Part shown: piece after piece, positions 1 through 7,805 of the stretch
Numbering within the stretch: the stretch's first letter is position 1
Layout of the letters: each line of letters begins with the position of its first letter
Assembly: GCA_046313635.1 (NCBI GenBank)
Contig: JBKBYA010000002.1
Location: 96,001 to 160,000 of the forward strand
DNA from: Pyrinomonadaceae bacterium
Lineage (GTDB): Bacteria > Acidobacteriota > Blastocatellia > Pyrinomonadales > Pyrinomonadaceae
Length of the DNA: 64,000 nucleotides
Reading direction: 5' to 3'
Position numbers and translations under genes: made by a program
Notes under the pieces: model-generated
Database searches by the model: none
What the model was told of the DNA's origin: nothing
The model's input: the letters and a program-made list of their open reading frames with translations, nothing else

Positions 1-1327
1 GGTCGACCGTGATCCGCCCGCCGTCATCCGTGAATTTGATCGCGTTCGTGATCAGGTTGTTAAAGACCTGCTGAAGCCGGTTGGCGTCGCCGAAGACGAC
101 AGCCTCGTCGGTGTTGAAATTGAATTCGAGATCTATATTGCGGGCCTCGGCCGCAGGCTTCTGAGCGTTGAACGACACCTTTACCACCTCGTAAAGATTC
201 GTCGGCCGAAACTCGAGACTGATCTTGCCGGACGCCACCCTTGCTGAATCGACCAGGTCATTTATCAGCTTTGACTGAGCGCGGGCGCTGCGCTCGATCG
301 TCTCGAGGGCGTTTCGCCGGGTTGCCTCGTCGACCTGCTTTGTCAAAAGGATCTTTGCCCAGCCGAGGATGGCATTGAGCGGCGAGCGCATCTCGTGGGA
401 GACGAACGCAAGGAAAAAATCCTTTGCGCGGTTTGCCTCGACGGCCTCGTCGCGAGCCTTTTTCTCGAGATCGTAAACGCGAGTGAGCTCTTGCTCCGCA
501 GTCTTCTGGCTCGTGATGCGCCGGATCGCAGCGGTCATCTTGTGCGGGCTTCCGTCCTCGTCAAAGAACGCCTTGCCCTCGGCGCAGATCCACTCAAGTA
601 CTCCATCGGGATACACGACCCGAAACTCCTCGCCAAACTTGGCTGCACCGTCGATCGACCTGCGCAGAGAGGCCTCGAGACGTTCGCGGTCCTCAGGATG
701 GACCGTCGAGAGCAGCACTTCCTCATTGATGCTGTCGTGACGCGAAAGGCCGAGGAGTTCGTAGACCTTTGGCGTCGCGGCCATCTCGCCGCGTTTGAGG
801 TCCCACAGCCACAGCCCAATCTCGGCGCTCTCGGCCGCCGTTAAAAACTCGTTGACCGACGAAATGCCCGGCTCGGCCGCCGCCTCGGCCACCCTGCCCG
901 AGACAAAGACGACCCGCGGACGGCCATCGAGGTCCAGCGGTCGAAACCGAAGCTCGACGGCGACCTTCTTTTCGGCGTTGACCCTAAAGTCGACGATCGC
1001 CTGGGTCGTGCGCCCCGCGGCCGCCTCGGCTAAGCCTGATCGGATAACGTCGGGAGTGGTGCCGGCGGACTGCCAATATACGGTTTCCGCCAACCGCTGG
1101 CCGCTGAGCATCCCTGGGTCGGTCGTCGTCTCCTCAAATACCGCTCCGCCGATAGTGATCACCCGGCCGCCGCTGTCGAGAAAGCAGTAAAAATCGAATG
1201 CGCTGTCAAACAAGCTGAGAGACGTAATGTCTAGGTCGATCGATCGGCCCGCCGGCTCTGCTCCTGTCGCTGAAGAACTGCGATACGACATATTCTTACT
1301 GCCGCTGCCTGGCCCGTTAGGTTCCAT
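1..1327 (-). CDS. Sensor histidine kinase with probable PAS domains, 3' end outside window
   Basis: Absent from ORF track. Manual minus-strand translation gives H-box (AKDFFLAFVSHEMRSPLNAILGW) and N-box (GDANRLQQVFNNLITNAIKFT). In-frame ATGs at 1327 and 1291. Confidence 0.88.
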   Translation of the reverse strand, partial: MEPNGPGSGSKNMSYRSSSATGAEPAGRSIDLDITSLSLFDSAFDFYCFLDSGGRVITIGGAVFEETTTDPGMLSGQRLAETVYWQSAGTTPDVIRSGLAEAAAGRTTQAIVDFRVNAEKKVAVELRFRPLDLDGRPRVVFVSGRVAEAAAEPGISSVNEFLTAAESAEIGLWLWDLKRGEMAATPKVYELLGLSRHDSINEEVLLSTVHPEDRERLEASLRRSIDGAAKFGEEFRVVYPDGVLEWICAEGKAFFDEDGSPHKMTAAIRRITSQKTAEQELTRVYDLEKKARDEAVEANRAKDFFLAFVSHEMRSPLNAILGWAKILLTKQVDEATRRNALETIERSARAQSKLINDLVDSARVASGKISLEFRPTNLYEVVKVSFNAQKPAAEARNIDLEFNFNTDEAVVFGDANRLQQVFNNLITNAIKFTDDGGRITVD

Positions 1328-1428
1328 CTGGGTATTCGGAAAAAGAGAGAATTAAAAATAGAACACGACCCGCGCTTGCCGAGCGGGTCAGCGCTGTCAT
1401 CGCCTGATCTCAAATGCGGCCTGATCCT

Positions 1429-1578
1429 CTACAAGGTACGCCGGCCGGTGAGCAGTCGAACAATAAATACGACCAACGCCACCACCAAAAGGAGATGCAG
1501 GAAGTTTCCGAACATCTGCCCGGTCACCATTCCCAACAGCCACATCAGCAGCAGAATAACAATAATCGTTTCGAGCAT
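1429..1578 (-). CDS. lmo0937-family small membrane protein (49 aa)
   Basis: Manual translation MLETIIVILLLMWLLGMVTGQMFGNFLHLLLVVALVVFIVRLLTGRRTL fits the family pattern (WLLG..G..IHLLLV.A...GRR). Confidence 0.85.
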   Translation of the reverse strand: MLETIIVILLLMWLLGMVTGQMFGNFLHLLLVVALVVFIVRLLTGRRTL

Positions 1579-1623
1579 AAGGATGGAGATAAGGCGCACA
1601 AGGCCTTTCGAGCGGGAAGTTCA

Positions 1624-1638
1624 TCAATCTGTATGCCA
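1624..1638 (-). promoter_or_regulatory. Putative sigma54 -24/-12 promoter (variant)
   Basis: TGGCAT-ACAGA-TTGA, about 45 bp upstream of the lmo0937-like start; -12 element is GA instead of GC. Confidence 0.55.
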
Positions 1639-1844
1639 AAGACGATCAGGTTATTAACCCTTGATTAAAGGCAGCTTACGGTTCTAGGGAAATTTTCGTC
1701 CGTACCGTTATGATACAAAATTAAATGCTGCCTATTCCGCTCTCCGGAACTATTCTAGTAATGTATCAAATATGTACACATTTTCGAAGATGGGTTTTTC
1801 CATAAATATGGTAAATACTCGGTAAAGACAGGTTGACCGCGGTG

Positions 1845-1859
1845 TGGCACAAACGTTGC
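1845..1859 (+). promoter_or_regulatory. sigma54 -24/-12 promoter
   Basis: TGGCAC-AAACG-TTGC consensus upstream of the sigma54 activator gene. Confidence 0.8.
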
Positions 1860-2040
1860 CGAATCTGCCGGCAGAACTCATTTTTAACTCGCGCGGCCTG
1901 CCGGCCGACGATCGTTTCCCGGTACTGAACTCGCTGCTCGAAAATCGGCATCCCACCATTCGGCGAAAGCGTCCGGGAGTATTAAATCGAAACTGAATTA
2001 CTTTGGTATCAGCGTTTCCCTTTGATGGGAAGATCAACCT

Positions 2041-3552
2041 ATGGCATATAAAGCGCTCGTTATTGACGACGACAAGGTCGCTCTCGAACTGATCTCGTTC
2101 CAGCTCCAGGCGGAAGGGTTTGAGACCGTGGTCGCCGAACGCGGCGAGACCGGGCTCGACCATGTGCGGCAGACAGAATTTGACGTGATACTCACCGACC
2201 TCAACCTTCCGGATATCTCCGGGATCGAGATGGTCAAGCGGTGCAAAGAGATCACGCCGGATACTGAGATCATCATGGTCACGGGCTTCGGCTCGATGGA
2301 AAAAGCGATCGAGGCGACCAAGGCCGGAGCGTTTCACTACGTAGAGAAACCGGTCGAGTTTGAAGAGCTCCTTTCGCTCATCCGGCGTGCCGTCGAGATG
2401 AAGCAAAAGGCGCGCGAGATCCAGGAACTCCGCGGCCGTTTGACTAGCCGTACGTCATACGAAGGCATCATCGGCGGCAGCCGCTCGATGCAGAACATCT
2501 ACGAGATCATCGAGAACGTGGCCGAGTCTGACGCCAACATTCTCATTCTGGGAGAGTCCGGTACGGGGAAAGAGGTGATCGCGAACGCGATCCACTACAA
2601 GAGCCGGCGAGCGGACAAGCCGTTTGTAAAAGTAAATTGCTCTGCGCTGCCGAAAGATCTGATCGAGTCTCAGCTGTTCGGTCACGTCAAGGGGTCGTTC
2701 ACCGGAGCGAATGCCGACAAGACCGGTTTCATCGGCCAGGCCCACGGCGGCAGCCTGCTGCTCGACGAGATCGGCGAAATGCCGATCGATCTGCAGCCAA
2801 AGCTCCTCCGGGTACTGCAGGAAAAGGTTTACTATCGGGTCGGGAGCGACAAGCCGCAGGAGGCGGATTTCCGCCTGATCTCGGCGACCAACCGCAATCC
2901 CTTTGACGCCATAAAGGACGGCAGTCTCCGCGAGGACCTCTATTACCGCATCAACACGATCGAGATCAAGATCCCGCCGCTCCGCGAGCGAATGGAGGAC
3001 GTGCCGATGCTTGCAGAGCACTTCCTTCAGATATACGCGGACAAATATCATCGCCGAAACGCGACATTCTCCGAGACCGCGTACGACCAGATGCTCAACT
3101 ACAACTGGCGCGGCAACGTCCGCGAGCTGCAGCACGCGATCGAGCGGGCGGTGCTGCTGAGCAAGTCGGGCGTCATCGAGACTCTCGACATTCCGCGAAC
3201 GTCGGACACGCCCGTCCCGATGGCACAGCTTGCCGCGGCCGTTCAAGCCAACTCCATACGTCCGGTCGTCTCGTCAGGCGGCAGCTCGTCAGCCGCTGCC
3301 TCGACGGTGAGTTCGCCCGTTCAGCAGATCGAGACCCTCGAGGATATCGGCCGTCTGATCGTGAGCAAGATCCCCGACCCGGAGGACGGCCGCGAACAAA
3401 AGGACATCTTTAACGAGCTCGAGAGCACCGTCGTTCTCGCCGCGCTGAAGCGTACGAAGGGGAACAAGCAAGCCGCCGCCCAACTGCTCGGTCTGTACCG
3501 CCCGCGCCTGTACGGAATGATCAAGCGCCACAATCTCGAAGAGAAGATATAG
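2041..3552 (+). CDS. NtrC/AtoC-family sigma54-dependent response regulator (REC-AAA+-Fis HTH)
   Basis: REC domain, Walker A GESGTGKE, GSFTGA loop, LLLDEIGE, REDLYYR, C-terminal HTH. Confidence 0.95.
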   Translation: MAYKALVIDDDKVALELISFQLQAEGFETVVAERGETGLDHVRQTEFDVILTDLNLPDISGIEMVKRCKEITPDTEIIMVTGFGSMEKAIEATKAGAFHYVEKPVEFEELLSLIRRAVEMKQKAREIQELRGRLTSRTSYEGIIGGSRSMQNIYEIIENVAESDANILILGESGTGKEVIANAIHYKSRRADKPFVKVNCSALPKDLIESQLFGHVKGSFTGANADKTGFIGQAHGGSLLLDEIGEMPIDLQPKLLRVLQEKVYYRVGSDKPQEADFRLISATNRNPFDAIKDGSLREDLYYRINTIEIKIPPLRERMEDVPMLAEHFLQIYADKYHRRNATFSETAYDQMLNYNWRGNVRELQHAIERAVLLSKSGVIETLDIPRTSDTPVPMAQLAAAVQANSIRPVVSSGGSSSAAASTVSSPVQQIETLEDIGRLIVSKIPDPEDGREQKDIFNELESTVVLAALKRTKGNKQAAAQLLGLYRPRLYGMIKRHNLEEKI

Positions 3553-3572
3553 AGGCGAACGACCGCTAAAAG

Positions 3573-3609
3573 CAAAAAGCCCTTCCGCATTACACGGAAG
3601 GGCTTTTTG
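3573..3609. terminator. Bidirectional intrinsic terminator
   Basis: caaaaagcccttccg-loop-cggaagggctttttg between convergent genes. Confidence 0.85.
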
Positions 3610-3624
3610 ATACTGGCGCGCCGC

Positions 3625-3789
3625 TCAACGCGTCGCCCCGGGCACCGAAACCTCGACATCCACCTTCTGCTTCCGATTAGGATTCAGAAATCCGCTGTAA
3701 TAGAGAGCTCCTGCAATAATCGCGACGATAATGATCATCGCTATCGCCCAGATGAAGTTGGTACCGGTACCGTTTCCGTCGTCAGCCAT
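3625..3789 (-). CDS. Small single-TM membrane protein (54 aa)
   Basis: Manual translation MADDGNGTGTNFIWAIAMIIIVAIIAGALYYSGFLNPNRKQKVDVEVSVPGATR; AGGAG RBS, sigma54 promoter upstream, terminator downstream. Confidence 0.8.
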   Translation of the reverse strand: MADDGNGTGTNFIWAIAMIIIVAIIAGALYYSGFLNPNRKQKVDVEVSVPGATR

Positions 3790-3840
3790 TGTTGTGTTTC
3801 TCCTGCTTTGTGATGTTGTGAAAACTACGCCTCATACGGT

Positions 3841-3855
3841 GCAACTGAAATGCCA
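3841..3855 (-). promoter_or_regulatory. sigma54 -24/-12 promoter
   Basis: TGGCAT-TTCAG-TTGC, about 50 bp upstream of ATG 3789. Confidence 0.8.
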
Positions 3856-4121
3856 ATTCGGCGTTTACGGCGTTTTGGTGTGAGGTTGCCGGTTTTTACT
3901 TATATTGCGGAATTGGCGGCCGTCCTGAAGTTTGTAAAGCGGTGATCTCTGTATTCATTCGTTACGCATAAGGACCCGCGCGGAGTCGGGCCCCGTGGCC
4001 CGTTCGCTTTCAAAGGACGTAGCGAGGTCATACATTCCGGCGCTGCAAAAAGCCTTGGCTTGTGACGCGTTGAGGCCTCGATAAGCGACGCTATTTCCGG
4101 TTTACGTGCCTTCGCCGCAGT

Positions 4122-4136
4122 TGGCACACGTGTTGC
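4122..4136 (+). promoter_or_regulatory. sigma54 -24/-12 promoter
   Basis: TGGCAC-ACGTG-TTGC upstream of the 4213 gene. Confidence 0.8.
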
Positions 4137-4212
4137 ACCGATGCCTTCTGCTAGAGAGTGCGCCCTACGACACTCTCTCCCTGTCCGGGCGAATTAAATT
4201 CAGACCCGTTTT

Positions 4213-6171
4213 ATGGAGAAAATTATGAAGACGAAAGCCATAGTGTTATTCACTCTGTCGCTGATCTGGTTCGCGGTCGCCGGTGTCGGCGACGCTTCGG
4301 CTCAGGTCTTTGGTTCGCGGGTGAGCAGCCGCGATTTCAATAACCTCCTTGTGAGGATCGAGACCAAGACCGACACTTTTAACCGATTGGTGGCGGGCGA
4401 TCTTGATCGCAGCACCCTGAACAATTCGAATCGCGAGGATCGCATCCTGGAGTTCATCGACGCATTCGAATCGGCGACCGACGCGCTGCGTTCGCGATTC
4501 GACTCGCGGCAGAGTGTCGATGCGGAGGTCCGCGAGGTGCTCAACCGAGCGGCCGTGATCGACGCCTTTATGCGTCGCAACGAGCTGTCGTATCAGACAG
4601 AGAGTCAGTGGACGAGCTTGCGGGCCGACCTTGATACACTTGCTCGTTACAACAACACGACCTGGAACTGGAACCAGGGCGGCACCGGCGTCGATGGGCG
4701 AGCGTACATCGCGACCGACGTCCAGCTCCGCAATCTTCTCTCGCGCATTGAGCAGAGAACCGATATTTTCAAACGGCAGGTAGACCGCGGTTTGGATCGC
4801 AGCCGTATCAACGGCACGCTTCGCGAAGACTCGATCTCTGCCTACATCACCGAGTTTGAGAACGCGACCGACCGGTTGAAAGAGCGTTTCGACAGCAGGC
4901 AGTCGACCAGCGCCGACGTTAACGACGTGCTTACCCGTGCGACCTATATTGACCAGTTCATGGGCCGCAACGATCTGCCGCGCGCGGCCGAGACACAGTG
5001 GATCAATCTGCGTTCTGACCTGAACACGCTCGCAAATTACTACCGTGTGAGTTGGAATTGGGGCCAGACTTTGCCGCCCTGGACCGCCGGAGGAACCGGC
5101 TACGGCAGCGACCGGCTTACCGGCACATACCGGTTGAATCGCACTCAGAGCGACGACGTCCCGACCGTCGTCAACCGCTCAATCGGATACTACGGTACCG
5201 CCGACCGCACGCGGGTACGGGCAAATCTCGAACGCCGTTTGAGTTCGCCGGATATGCTTGCGATAGAGCGCAGCGGCCGTATGGTGACGATCGGTTCGAG
5301 CCTCTCGCCGCAGCTGACGCTTGAGGCCAATGGCGTCGCACGCACCGAGACGAACGATCGGGGCCGCACGATCCGCACTACGGCGACGATCGCCGGCGAT
5401 TCGCTGACGATCGCGTACGAGGGCGACCGGGCAAATGATTTTTACGTGACGTTCATGCCGATCGGCAGTAATCAGCTTCGCGTTACGCGGCGCATCTATC
5501 TCGAGAATCGCAACGAGCAGGTCACCGTGACAAGCGTGTACGATCGCATCGACAATACCGCCCGCTGGTCAGACGTCGAGAACGGCCGGTGGAACAACGG
5601 CGATACCGGCAGCACGAGGTCCAACGACTTTTACGTTCCTAACGGCACGCGTTTGACCGCGGAGCTGCAGGAGCGTCTCGATTCGCGCACCGCGCAGGTC
5701 GGCGACCGCATCGCAATGCGCGTCACGTCGCCCGGCCAGTACAGCGGCGCCGTTATCGAAGGCCGCGTGATAGAGTCGCAGAGCTCGGGGCGCGTCACGG
5801 GACGTGCGGCGCTCTCGCTCGACCTCGACACGATCCGGCTCTCTAATGGTCAGACCTACCGGTTTGCCGGCTTGATCGACAGCGTTCGCACCTCGAATGG
5901 CGATACCGTCTCGGTCAACAACGAGGGTCAGATCAGAGATAACAACCAGACCACGAAGACCGTCACCCGGGCCGGTATCGGCGCGGCGCTCGGAGCTCTG
6001 ATCGGCGCCATCGCCGGCGGCGGTCAGGGGGCGGCGATCGGTGCCGCCATCGGCGCGGGAGCCGGTGCGGGAACGGTCTTTATTCAGGGACGCGACAATA
6101 TCGTCCTCGAGCAGGGGACCGAGTTCAACATCACGGCAAGCGCTCCGGCAAATGTCGGCGTTAACCGCTAA
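4213..6171 (+). CDS. Secreted protein with two tandem helical repeats and a C-terminal beta domain with glycine zipper
   Basis: Signal peptide (start may be 4225); duplicated unit (RIE..TD.F...FE.ATD.L..RFDSRQS...ETQW..LR.DL.TLA.Y); GAALGALIGAIAGGGQGAAIGAAIGAGAG zipper. Confidence 0.85.
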   Translation: MEKIMKTKAIVLFTLSLIWFAVAGVGDASAQVFGSRVSSRDFNNLLVRIETKTDTFNRLVAGDLDRSTLNNSNREDRILEFIDAFESATDALRSRFDSRQSVDAEVREVLNRAAVIDAFMRRNELSYQTESQWTSLRADLDTLARYNNTTWNWNQGGTGVDGRAYIATDVQLRNLLSRIEQRTDIFKRQVDRGLDRSRINGTLREDSISAYITEFENATDRLKERFDSRQSTSADVNDVLTRATYIDQFMGRNDLPRAAETQWINLRSDLNTLANYYRVSWNWGQTLPPWTAGGTGYGSDRLTGTYRLNRTQSDDVPTVVNRSIGYYGTADRTRVRANLERRLSSPDMLAIERSGRMVTIGSSLSPQLTLEANGVARTETNDRGRTIRTTATIAGDSLTIAYEGDRANDFYVTFMPIGSNQLRVTRRIYLENRNEQVTVTSVYDRIDNTARWSDVENGRWNNGDTGSTRSNDFYVPNGTRLTAELQERLDSRTAQVGDRIAMRVTSPGQYSGAVIEGRVIESQSSGRVTGRAALSLDLDTIRLSNGQTYRFAGLIDSVRTSNGDTVSVNNEGQIRDNNQTTKTVTRAGIGAALGALIGAIAGGGQGAAIGAAIGAGAGAGTVFIQGRDNIVLEQGTEFNITASAPANVGVNR

Positions 6172-6180
6172 CCGGACGGG

Positions 6181-6205
6181 AGGGAGCGGCCCCAGGCCGC
6201 TCCCT
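6181..6205 (+). terminator. GC-rich hairpin after the 4213 gene
   Basis: agggagcggc-cccag-gccgctccct followed by a short T tract. Confidence 0.5.
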
Positions 6206-6226
6206 TTCCGACCAACCTTTACCGAA

Positions 6227-6745
6227 ATGATCGACAACAAACTTGAAGTGGACGAGGTCGAACGTACCGCGACCTACGAGACCGCAAAGAACGAGGTCCG
6301 CGCCGATGTAGAGGACCGCATCGCTCTCGAGGCCGACCGCCGAAATGCAGCGCAGGCTCACGAGATCGAAGCCGCCGCCGACGAGATGCGACGTCAAGCC
6401 GTTGGTGAGGTGGTCGAAACCCAGCGAGATCTCGAGCGCGCACGCGCGGCAGCTCGCGTCTCGCAGATAGTCGACTATGTTTTCTTTTTGATCTACGCCC
6501 TGCTGTCGATGCGTTTGATGCTCGAGCTTTTTGCGGCGCGCGAGAGCGCGGGCTTCTTTCGCTTCGTCAAGGCGGCGACCGATCCCTTCTATTATCCGTT
6601 TCGCGGACTGATGCCGAGCCTCTCGACGGCCGACGGTTTTACGCTCGTCCTCTCGCTTGTAGCGGCGATCGTGGCGTACATGCTGCTGCATCTCGCGATC
6701 AATGGCTTTTTGCGGATGATCGCCCATCGCAAGGTGGCGGTATGA
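6227..6745 (+). CDS. YggT-like membrane protein with N-terminal coiled coil
   Basis: ATG 6227; hydrophobic helices around FF.FVKAATDPFYYPFRGL.P motif. Confidence 0.7.
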   Translation: MIDNKLEVDEVERTATYETAKNEVRADVEDRIALEADRRNAAQAHEIEAAADEMRRQAVGEVVETQRDLERARAAARVSQIVDYVFFLIYALLSMRLMLELFAARESAGFFRFVKAATDPFYYPFRGLMPSLSTADGFTLVLSLVAAIVAYMLLHLAINGFLRMIAHRKVAV

Positions 6746-6833
6746 ATTTGCTTGAAATTTGTTTCGGATGGGCGTAGATAGAAGTTGAGTATTTTTCCCC
6801 CTAAGCACTTTGGATGAAAAAGAGGTGAGAATT

Positions 6834-7115
6834 ATGGGAGATATGATCTGGCAGTTGATCGTTGGGTTGATCGTCGGAGTGTTGGCTCGGCTGCTGCTGC
6901 CGGGACGCGAAACGGCGTTTCCGGAAGGGGCGCTCGGCTGGCTGCTCACCGCGCTTCTGGGCGTGGCGGGAGCATTCTTGGGCGGAGTGATCGCACGGGC
7001 CCTTTGGGCCGGGGCCGATTACACCGCGGGCTGGATAATGTCTATCCTCGGTGCGATCCTGCTGCTCTTGGCGGTCCGTTTCATCTTTGGGCGCAGCCGT
7101 GCGACGACGGTCTGA
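6834..7115 (+). CDS. GlsB/YeaQ/YmgE-family stress-response membrane protein
   Basis: LIVGLIVGVLARLLLPG...LLGVAGAFLGG...SILGAILLL pattern; GAGGTG RBS. Confidence 0.88.
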   Translation: MGDMIWQLIVGLIVGVLARLLLPGRETAFPEGALGWLLTALLGVAGAFLGGVIARALWAGADYTAGWIMSILGAILLLLAVRFIFGRSRATTV

Positions 7116-7143
7116 CCCCACATTACAGACCAATTACAGATCA

Positions 7144-7182
7144 GCGGGCCCCGACAGTTTGCGTCAAACTGTCGGGGCCCGC
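7144..7182. terminator. 18-bp perfect hairpin between convergent genes
   Basis: gcgggccccgacagtttg-cgt-caaactgtcggggcccgc. Confidence 0.7.
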
Positions 7183-7209
7183 GTCTTGTAGTCGAGATCC
7201 CTTAGGCGT

Positions 7210-7368
7210 CTAGACCGCTCCGCAGCCCGGATGCCCGCACTGGCAGCTGATCTCGACGATGTCCTGACTCTCCGCGTCGCTGCAATGATCGCTGCAGTAA
7301 TCCGAATCGTCGGAGACCGCGCAGATGCAGCCCGTGTGACCGCATTTATTGTTGTCGTTGTCGTCCAT
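7210..7368 (-). CDS. Bacterial metallothionein-like protein (52 aa)
   Basis: Manual translation MDDNDNNKCGHTGCICAVSDDSDYCSDHCSDAESQDIVEISCQCGHPGCGAV: 8 Cys, 3 His, C-x4-C-x-C...YCS-x2-C...CGH-x2-C; GGGAGG RBS. Confidence 0.82.
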   Translation of the reverse strand: MDDNDNNKCGHTGCICAVSDDSDYCSDHCSDAESQDIVEISCQCGHPGCGAV

Positions 7369-7564
7369 AGATTTCCTCCCTCAGATCGAATGTCGTTATT
7401 GCCGGCACGATCGATCTGGCCCGTCACGCAGGGTCCTCGAATATGTCGGCAGTAACCCGAGTATAAGTAACCGCTCCGGCCTAGACAATATCTTTTATGC
7501 CGCGAGTTGATCGGGCCGGCGGGGAACTTCTGGAACCTTTCTTAACGCTCTGCGTGTCTACCTA

Positions 7565-7639
7565 TGAAATGCAGGTTTATCCTCCCTGCAGCTGATTAAC
7601 GTTTGGCGGACCCGAGACACCCGCCAAACGTTTTTTTTT
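7565..7639 (+). ncRNA. Candidate small RNA with CCUCC loop and intrinsic terminator
   Basis: Hairpin tgcagg/cctgca with tttatcctc loop, then 12-bp stem plus T run; no plus-strand gene upstream for it to terminate; GGAAC...CGTGTCTA ECF-like motif just upstream. Confidence 0.5.
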
Positions 7640-7805
7640 GTCCCGACCTCGCTGCCGCAAAAGCGGAATTCAGATCCGATTCAAACTCTTAATCGTCCAT
7701 AGCCCAGTATTCCACGCGTCCCGGCGCGTGGAAATGCGGAAGCGGACGGAGTTTTTGAAGAGAATTCACCGTCCGCTTTCTGCGCGCTTTTGACGAGGAC
7801 CTCTG

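Noticed and set aside
395..1190. Plus-strand ORFs 395..844 and 795..1190
   Set aside because: Antisense shadows of the minus-strand histidine kinase, which the track missed because its stop lies outside the window.
7484..7503. Possible sigma54 promoter for the metallothionein (CGGCATAAAAGATATTGT)
   Set aside because: Wrong spacing and no -12 GC.
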